Source: the human T2T-CHM13v2.0 reference genome, Homo sapiens
Assembly (NCBI RefSeq): GCF_009914755.1
Contig: NC_060939.1
DNA: 64,000 bases
Strand: one strand, 5' to 3'
This document shows, one piece after another, positions 55,940-64,000 of the stretch. Both the position numbers and the translations under genes were made by a program. Each line of letters begins with the position of its first letter. Position 1 is the first letter of the stretch. The notes beneath the pieces are model-generated. The model saw only the letters and a program-made list of their open reading frames with translations, did no database searches and was not told the origin of the DNA.

Positions 55940-58206
55940 AAAAAAGAATTGGTAGCAATCCTTTTAACACTATTCCACAATATAAAGAAAGAACCCTCCC
56001 TAATTCATTCTATGAAGCCAGCATCACCCTAATACCAAAACCAGGAAAGGACATAACCAAAAGAAGAAAACTATAGGCCGATATCCTGGATGAACATAGA
56101 TGCTAAAATCCTTAACAAAATACTAGCTAACTAAATCCAACAACATATCAAACAGATTATCCACCATGATCAAGTGGGTTTCATACCGGGGATGCAGGGA
56201 TGGTTTCACGTACTCAAGCCAATAAATGTCACACATGACATAAACAGAATTAAAAACAAAAATCACATGATCATCTCAATAGATGCAGAAAAAGCATTCA
56301 ACAAAATCCAGCATCTCTTTATGATTAAAACTTTCAGCAAAATCGGCATACAAGGGACATACCTCAATGTAATAAAAGCCATCTATGACAAACCCACAGC
56401 CAGCATAATACTGAATGGGGAAAAGCTGAAAGCATTCCCTCTGAGAACTGGAACAAGACAAGGATGCGCACTGTCACCACTCCTCTTCAGCATAGTACTG
56501 GAAGTCCTAGCCAGAGTAATCAGACGAGAGAAAGAAATATAGAGCATCCAAATCGGTAAAGAGGAAGGCAAACTGTCACTGTTTGCTGACGATATGATCA
56601 TTTACCTTGAAAACACTAAGGACTCCCCTAGAAAGCTCCTAGAACTGATAAAAGAATTCAGCACAGTTTCCAGATACAAGATTAACGTACACAAATCAGT
56701 AGCTCTTCTACATACCAACAACGACCAAGCAGAGAATCAAATCAAGCACTCGATCCCTTTTACAATCACTGCAAAAAAAAAAAAAAAAACTTAGGAACAT
56801 ACCTAACAAAGGAGTCAAAAGACCTCTACAAGGAAACTACAACACACTGCTGAAAGAAATCATAGATGACACAAAGAAATGGAAACACATCCCATGCTCA
56901 TGGATAGGTAGAATCAATATTGTGAAAATGACCATACTGCCAAAAGCAATCTACAAATTCAAGACAATCCCCATCAGAATACCACCAATCTTCACAGAAT
57001 TAGAAAAAAAACAATTCTAAAATTTATATGGAACCAAAAAAGAGCCCACATAGCCAAAGCAAGATTAAACAAAAAGAACAAATCTGGAGGCATCACACTA
57101 CCTGATTTCAAACAATACTATAAGGCTATAGTCACCAAAACAGCATGGTACTGGTATAAAAATAGGCACATAGACTCACGGAACAGAATAGATAACCCAG
57201 AAATAAACCCAAATATTTACAGCCAACTCATCTTTGACAAAGCAAACAAAAACATAAAGTGGGGAAAGGATACCCTTTTCAACAAATGGTGCCTGTGACA
57301 ATTGGCTAGCCACATGTAGAAGAATGAAACTGGATCCTCATCTCTCACCTTATGCAAAAATCAACTCTAGATGGATTAAGGACTTAAACCTAAGTCCTGA
57401 AACTATAAAAATTCTAGAACATAACATTGGAAAAACCCTCTAGACATTGGCTTATGCAAGGATTTCATGAACAAAAACCCAAAACCAAATGCAATAAAAA
57501 CAAAGATAAATAGCTGGGATCTGATTAAACTAAAGAGCTTTTGCAAAGCAAAAGGAACAGCAGAGTAAATAGACAATCCATAGAGTGGGAGAAAATCTTT
57601 ACAACCTATACATCTGACAAAGGACTAATATCCAGAATCTACAACGAACTCTAACCAGTAAGAAACTAACAAATCTAATCAGTAAGAAACGAAGAAACTA
57701 ACCAACGAATCTAATCAGTAAGAAAACAACAAACAATCCTATCGACAAGGGGGCTAAGGACATGAATAGACAGTTCTCAAAGGAAGACATACAAATGGTC
57801 AACAAGCATATTAAAAAATGCTCAACATCACTAATGATCAAGGAAATACAAATCAAAACTTCAATGTGATACCACCTCACTCCTGCAAGAATGGCCATAA
57901 TTAAAAAATCAAAAAACCGTAGATGTTGGCATGGATGTGGTAAACAAGAAACTCTTCTACACTGCTAGTGGGAATGTAAACTAGTACAGTCACTATGGAA
58001 AACAGTGTGGCGATCCCTTAAAGAACTAAAAGTAGAACTACGATTTGATCCAGCAATCCCACTGCTGGGTATCTACCCAAAGGAAAAGAAGTCATTACTC
58101 AAAAAAGATACTTGCACACGCATGTTTATAGCAGCACAATTTACAATTGCAAAATCATGGAACCAAGCCAAATGCCCATCAATCAATGAGTGGTTAAAGA
58201 TACTGT

Positions 58207-58390
58207 GATATATATAGTGTGTACATATGTATCACAGTATATATATATCATAGTATAGAGAGAGTGTATATATATACTGCAGAGTATATATATATATATA
58301 CCACAGAGTATATATATAGTGTGTATATATATATACTGCACAGCATATATATATACACTATATATAAACATTGTGTATATATACACACAC
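58207..58390 (+). repeat. Degenerate (TA)n-rich expansion inside the L1PB1 ORF2 3' end
   Basis: Repeated tatatatata/cagagtata units between actgtg and caatggaatactac. Confidence 0.9.
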
Positions 58391-59914
58391 AATGGAATAC
58401 TACACAACCATAAAAAGGAATGAATTAACAGCATTTGCAGTGACCTGAATGAGATTAGAGACTATTATTCTAAGTGATGCAACTCAGAATTGGAAAGCCA
58501 AACATCGTATGTTCTCACTGACATGTGGGAGCTAAGCTGTGAGGATGCAAAGGCATAAGAATAATACAATGGACTTTGGGGACTTGGGAAGAGTAGAAGG
58601 AGGGCAAGGGATAAAAGACTACAAATCTGGTGCAGTGTATACTGCTCAGGTCATGGGTGCACCAAAATCTCACAAATCACCATTAAAGAACTTGCTCATG
58701 TAACCAGATACCACCTGTACCCCAATAACTTATGGAAAAATAAAATATTTTTTAAATTAAATTAAAAAATAAAAAACAAAATAAATAATAAAATCCAAAA
58801 AAGAGTACATTGTGACTGGGATGGAGAGTATGTGTGTTGCAGTGGGATATTGAAAGAAGAGAGAGAAAGCTGTTGAAAAAATACAAACCAAATCTGGAGA
58901 ATTAGCACACATATTAGCACTAGAAACAATGATGATTTCATCAGGAGTTTTCCCTGAGTTAGAATTCAACACCTAATCAAAGCCATTCTGGTCAGAACTA
59001 AAGAGGGCAAACATCTTTTTCTCAAATTATAAATTGTCCTGACTGTGTAGCAAGCACAACTGGGATGCCAATGCAAGGGTTTCCTGCTCTGTCATGTCTA
59101 ATATCAATAATCAGTTGTTCTCAGTCTCACCTTTTTTTCATTCTCCAAAAAGAGGGTCAATCTTATCACATACCACCTCCATCAAACCCTTGCCATTTTG
59201 TTGGCTGAATACCTGCACATCCTGTATGCCTATACTCAAATGGTACCATGCTAGACAGTCAATAGGATGACAGGCACCCACATTTCAAGAAATGTGATTA
59301 ACTTATGGCAACAACAGTCAGAGATTATTCTTCCCACAAACCACTGAATGAGTCAGTCACACAAAATTTCTATTTGTACCAAGTATGTAATGTCACAAAA
59401 ATTGCAAGCTTCATAATCTATACTTTTTTGTCAAGAATGGCCCTGTGCATTAGGTGCCTCAAATTCTACAAAATTAACACAAGTCACTGTGAGAGCTCAG
59501 TACACTTCTCAAAGCTACTCAGCCAATGCATGACAGATAAAGACTCAAAATCAGGTCTTCTGGCTTCAAGTCTCACAATCTTTTCTATTACTTCATTCCA
59601 GGAAATTGAATTCTAGTTACGAAGGCAAAACTAACAGGTAAGAAACAATCAAAAGCCCACCTATGCGATGGGTTTATAAGTTCAGTACAAGGGCTGGATC
59701 AGCATGGGCTGGAAGATTTAAAGGAAAATGTTTGGGAATACTTTTTTTCACATGAACTCTACATGGAAGTGTAAAACAAGTATATGAGCTGTTTTGATTG
59801 GAGCTAGGGTAGGATCCTCCCAGAGCCCCTTTCCCACTCTATGCAATGAACTCTCCTCAGTAACTTCTCAGCCACTAGGGCTCTACCGAGTAGTTTGGAA
59901 GCCAATGGACTAAA

Positions 59915-60080
59915 TCAGTAGTTCTCAAAGTATAGTCCCTGGACTAGCAGTGTCAGCAATACCTGGTAACTTCTTAGAGATGTGAATTCTTTGAATCAGA
60001 AATTTTGGAGATGGGGCTTAATAAACTATATTTTAGCATGTTCCCCAGGTGATTCTCAGACTTGTAAAGTTTGAGAAATA
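59915..60080. mobile_element. MER5A
   Basis: cagtagttctcaaagtatagtccctggactagcag...ccccaggtgattct...aagtttgagaa. Confidence 0.8.
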
Positions 60081-60745
60081 GTGAACTACTTCATCTCCAT
60101 AAAGTAGGAAGGGACGCCACCTGCTTTAAAAGAACATTTGAGATTGGGATTGGAAACTTTGAAGGGGGTAGGGAAGGTCTGGGACTGCCAATAGGAAGCC
60201 TTCTCTCAAATAGCAGAGATAGATGATAGGGATGAACGTCCTGACCAAGGCTAGAAGGTGTCAGTATGCACACCCAGTAATCCTGTCTTGCCCCTAAACT
60301 TCTCCTGCAATACCTAGAATAGGACAGAAGACAGTGGGCATTTGAGGTCATCTATACCTGGATAGAAAGTTTAAGGAAAAGAGGGGTCTAGGAGGCCACG
60401 TTGAAGTGACTGGCCAGGAAGGGACCGAAATCTTGATAGAGGAAATGAATAGGCTCAGTAATGTCAGAGAATGGGAGAAGTGGAATGAGGAGGCTTAACT
60501 AAGCCTATGGGGACGGAGAATCTCCATGTCTGAGATCTCAGTGCTGACAAAATCCTAAATTACATCAAAGTCCAAGATCTGGCTCTATTTCATATTTCCC
60601 TGTGGAATTTATGTTACTGAATAGACAAACTTGTATAAAAACAATTTCTATATGGTATAAAAACCCAGACAAAAGTTGCAGTTTTCTACATTCAAAAATA
60701 TTTTTAATGTTTTTATTTTTATCTGTTTGTGAGAATTTGTAAGAT

Positions 60746-60882
60746 TATTTTGTTTTGTTTTTCATATGAGATGGGGTCTCACTGTGTTGCCCAGTCCAGT
60801 CTTGAACTCCTGGCCTCAAGTGATCCTCCTGCCTCAGTCTCCCGAGTAGCTGGAATTACAGGTGCATGCCCCCACACTTGGA
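60746..60882 (-). mobile_element. FLAM (Alu monomer)
   Basis: gagatggggtctcactgtgttgccc...tcctggcctcaagtgatcctcctgcctcag. Confidence 0.85.
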
Positions 60883-61763
60883 TAATTTCTGTACTTTTTA
60901 TGTGTTGGTGTAACATTGTCTTCGTCTTTTCTTGGAAAGGGCTATATGTTTATTGTTACTGTCTTTAAAATTGTGGTAAAATATGCATAACATAAAAATT
61001 AACTATTTTAACCATTTTTAAGTGTACAGTTCAGGTATACTTTTTTAGTGCCAAAAATGTCATTCTTCTATAAAATAACAAATATACTGTGATGGGGGAG
61101 GGGGTTGTTCTTACTAGAAAAATTAAGAAGTCGTTACTTATTTTGAGTCCCTAACTTGGTTTCGAAATATAACACGGGACTAAGAAATTCAGGAATCAAA
61201 CAACTACTGCCCTAAAGGAGAGTTGAGATTTACAGGGTTAGGATGGTCAGGGGTGGAAAGTGGTAAGAACAAGCCAGTAGAAAGAGGAAGGTGCAGGGCA
61301 TTTTTAGGAGTGTGCAGACCAGACTTGCTAAAAACAAAGTGCGCTTGAAAAGGAACAGTTAGAATTAAGTTTTGGTCCATTTTAAAATATTTAATACCTA
61401 ATAATGTTTGGTTCATAGCAGAAACTCAATAAATATTTGTCAATTGAGTGTAGTGAAAGCTTGAGTGAGATTCAGAAGAGCCAGAAAATAAAGTTTAAAT
61501 TTCATTTTATAGACCAGAGGTTCCCAAGAGATGTACCAAGAATGGGCAGCCAACGTGCTAAGCTATCGATCACCTTTCAAAGGAGTCAGGCAGAAGCCAG
61601 GGCATCTGGTCAACTCTAGGCCAGGTATGTTCTAGTATGCTGTACAAGTACAACTGTCTATAGATGTCATTGGTGGAAGACAATAGGAAGCAATGGGGAA
61701 CCACTAAAGATAATTGAGCAGTGGAGATATAAGATGGCAGCAATATTTCCAGGAAGACTATTG

Positions 61764-62118
61764 CTGTGGTTTTAATGTTCATGTCCCCTACAAAATTCAT
61801 ATATTGAAATCCTAACCCCCAATGTGATGGTATTAGGAGGTAGAGCCTTTAGGGAGTAATTTGATCATAGGGCAGAGCCCTCATGAATGGGATTAGTGCC
61901 CTCATAAAACAGGCCCCAGAGAGGTAATTTGTCCCTTCTACCAAACAGTACACAGTGAGAAGGCACCATCTGTGAGAAAGTAGCCCTTCACCAAACACCA
62001 CATCTGCTGGCACCTTGATCTTAGACTTGCCTCCAGAAGTCTGAGAAATAAATTTCTGTTGTTTATAAACTACCCAGCTTACAGTATTTTGTTATAGCAG
62101 CCCAAACAGACTAAGACA
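61764..62118 (+). mobile_element. MaLR LTR (MLT1A0-like)
   Basis: tgtggtttaatgttcatgtcccc...gagccctcatgaatgggattagtgcc...gttatagcagcccaaacagactaagaca. Confidence 0.85.
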
Positions 62119-63852
62119 TCTATTAACCTCGTGATAAAGCAAGAGCTGGATCCCAGGCTCAAAGCTGGAATCACTGGGACTCCCAAGGTATATATTATAG
62201 ACATTTGAAAATTACTTCCCCAAATTTACTCTCCCTAACCCCACTTTTTAATAATACCGTAAAACGTTCCACAAAATGGCCTAGGTGAAATTGATTATAC
62301 TCTCACCCCCATGGGTGAGCGCTGATTGGCTTAAAACAACTAGCACCTTTTTCCCCAGGACCCACAGACATTGGTTCAGAAATGGGCGCATAATCCAGTC
62401 AGGGATTTTTTTTTTTATGAGAACTCCTAAGAAAAAGATTCCTGTACTTCTCTCTGAAGTTGAGCCAGAAAGCATGTACCCCTAAGGGCTGTTGGCAGCC
62501 ATCTTTGGACAAAAACCAGAGAGCCTGAATGAGAACAGAGGAGGTGCAGAGGAGAAATAGTGAAAGCAAAACTAGATCCAGGTGTCAGCATTTAAAATCC
62601 TTGATGTCTTAGCCCCGGACTCTCCAGTTACTACTTAAATTCCTGTTTCTGCTTCAGCTAGCTTGGGTCTTGTTTTCTTTTACTTGTAACTGAGGTTAAA
62701 GTGATCCTCAGAATAAGAGGGGAAAAAGTGGACCCTTGTGGTAATCTAGCACTCTGGGTAGACAGTAGCTGTTCAAGGAAAAGAGAAGAGGGGTGCAGGT
62801 GGCTACACAGAAGCGATTAGCCATCAAGGGACGAGGGTGGCATTGGGATGAAAAAGGAAGGGCTGGCTCTGAGCTTCACCATGAAAGAAGTGCACATGAG
62901 AATGGTTTCTGTCGGGCCCTCACTTTGGTTAATTCTACTGCTTTCTCCTCAGGGATGATGAAGGCCCCCAGCTCATCCCCAGGGAAATGATGCAACCAGG
63001 TAGCTGGATCAGAAATGAAAAAGTCAGGAAAAGGGAAAGGTTGCTTGCGCAGTTACTAGGGATATGAAAAGGAGGCTAAAAAACGGCAGGGGGTGGCCTG
63101 GAGGGAATGTGAAACATTTTTGTGTGTTTTACACACACCGAAAAAAAAAGAGGACATGGACAGAAACCTAGAGAATAGGAGGACAGCATAGTATAGTTAC
63201 TAAGAATAAGCTAAGAGTTGGTTCCCCGGGACCAAACAGATACCATTTCCAAAACCCACGAATTACTTACCGGCTGTCTCAATTCACCTAAGCTTCCCTT
63301 TCTTGTCTGTAAATGAGCATGAAAGTGCCACCTGTATAAAATAACTCAGGCTCCCAAAATGTAACATAGGGAAGCTCCTAGCAGCGTGTCTGGGAGGAAT
63401 AAGCATTATCTGTATTTATCGTATCAAATTAAGATAGAGGAACACAGGAGGACAGTAGAGGATGAAAATAAAACACTACTTAGATCCTGACCCTCCTCAG
63501 TGGCAAGTAGTGAGCATTCACTTCGTACAGAAGTAGCACTAAGGCAAATTAAAAGAAAGGTTCACATTTCCTCTAAAAGAAATGGTTTTTGAGTCATGCC
63601 AATACCACTTACTCAATGTCCTCTGTACTATACTATTCTCTGACAGAGCCACTTATTAAATGTGTGAACTGTGCTGACAACACTTGACAACTTTCAACAT
63701 GAGGGAACAGCAGGATCACTTAACAGAACAAAATCGTAAAATAATGTCAAAGCTTGATTTCAGGTGGTGCGGTGTAGCACTGCTCTTCACGAAATCAGGA
63801 CTCCCCCGACCAGGCAGGGCCGACTAGGTTAGAGTGTCCTGCCCTCACTCAC

Positions 63853-63958
63853 CTGGCAGGGCTTGGGATGAGCTGGACGTGACTGCCACAGGCATTTCTG
63901 TTCAACCTTGAAGCCTTCGCTACAGGAGACCGCCTGGCAGTCGGGCTGGGAAGCAAAT
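63853..63958 (-). other. Candidate internal exon (106 nt) of a minus-strand transcript, probably non-coding
   Basis: Acceptor tctctctttgtttctcag| and consensus donor CAG|GTGAGT; unique, relatively CpG-retaining DNA; no recognisable protein in any frame. Confidence 0.6.
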
Positions 63959-64000
63959 CTGAGAAACAAAGAGAGACCAGGCGGAAAGCCCTTGGGACCA

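Larger units (their letters stand above)
50424..58800 (+). mobile_element. Near full-length L1PB1-like LINE-1 (5' UTR, decayed ORF1 from about 51826, ORF2 from about 52910, 3' UTR), interrupted by an SVA
   Basis: L1PBa-type 5' UTR (ggctcgcattgtgaattttagctccag); ORF1 remnant KPIRLTADFSAETLQARKDW; EN remnant HISILTLKVNGLNAPLKR; RT remnants [13 protein letters not shown] and ctgtttgctgacgatatg (FADDM); duplication aagagtacattgtgactggga at 50403-50423 and 58801-58821. Confidence 0.93.

Noticed and set aside
51826-58540. L1 ORF1/ORF2 as an active retrotransposon
   Set aside because: Many stops and frameshifts plus an SVA insertion; only fragments of about 120 aa or less remain.

Overview
Hominid (human or other African great ape) genomic DNA, judged by Alu, primate L1 and two full-length SVA elements (one SVA_D-like). 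It is mostly interspersed repeats, and I find no credible protein-coding gene: ORF-track hits are L1 ORF1/ORF2 remnants, Alu or SVA-VNTR ORFs, or chance ORFs. Layout: (1) 1-28 kb mixes unique DNA, with candidate enhancer motif clusters and a strong CTCF motif, and short L1/L2/MIR/MaLR/ERV1-LTR/Alu pieces. (2) 28-59 kb is a nearly continuous block of nested retroelements: a minus-strand MER4-group (MER65-like) provirus lacking its 5' LTR, a 5'-complete minus-strand L1M/L1MA carrying an SVA_D, and a near full-length plus-strand L1PB1 with a 21-bp flanking duplication carrying an SVA_B. (3) At the right edge is a well-defined minus-strand exon (63853-63958), probably from a non-coding transcript starting beyond the window. 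The best observations are genome-archaeology events: gene conversion between neighbouring Alus, a probable L1-insertion-mediated deletion cutting through an ERV primer-binding site, two co-oriented SVAs 14.4 kb apart, a fold-back LTR chimera and an AT-rich palindrome. I do not see evidence for a new biological system. Subfamily names are from remembered consensus sequences and need Dfam/RepeatMasker confirmation.
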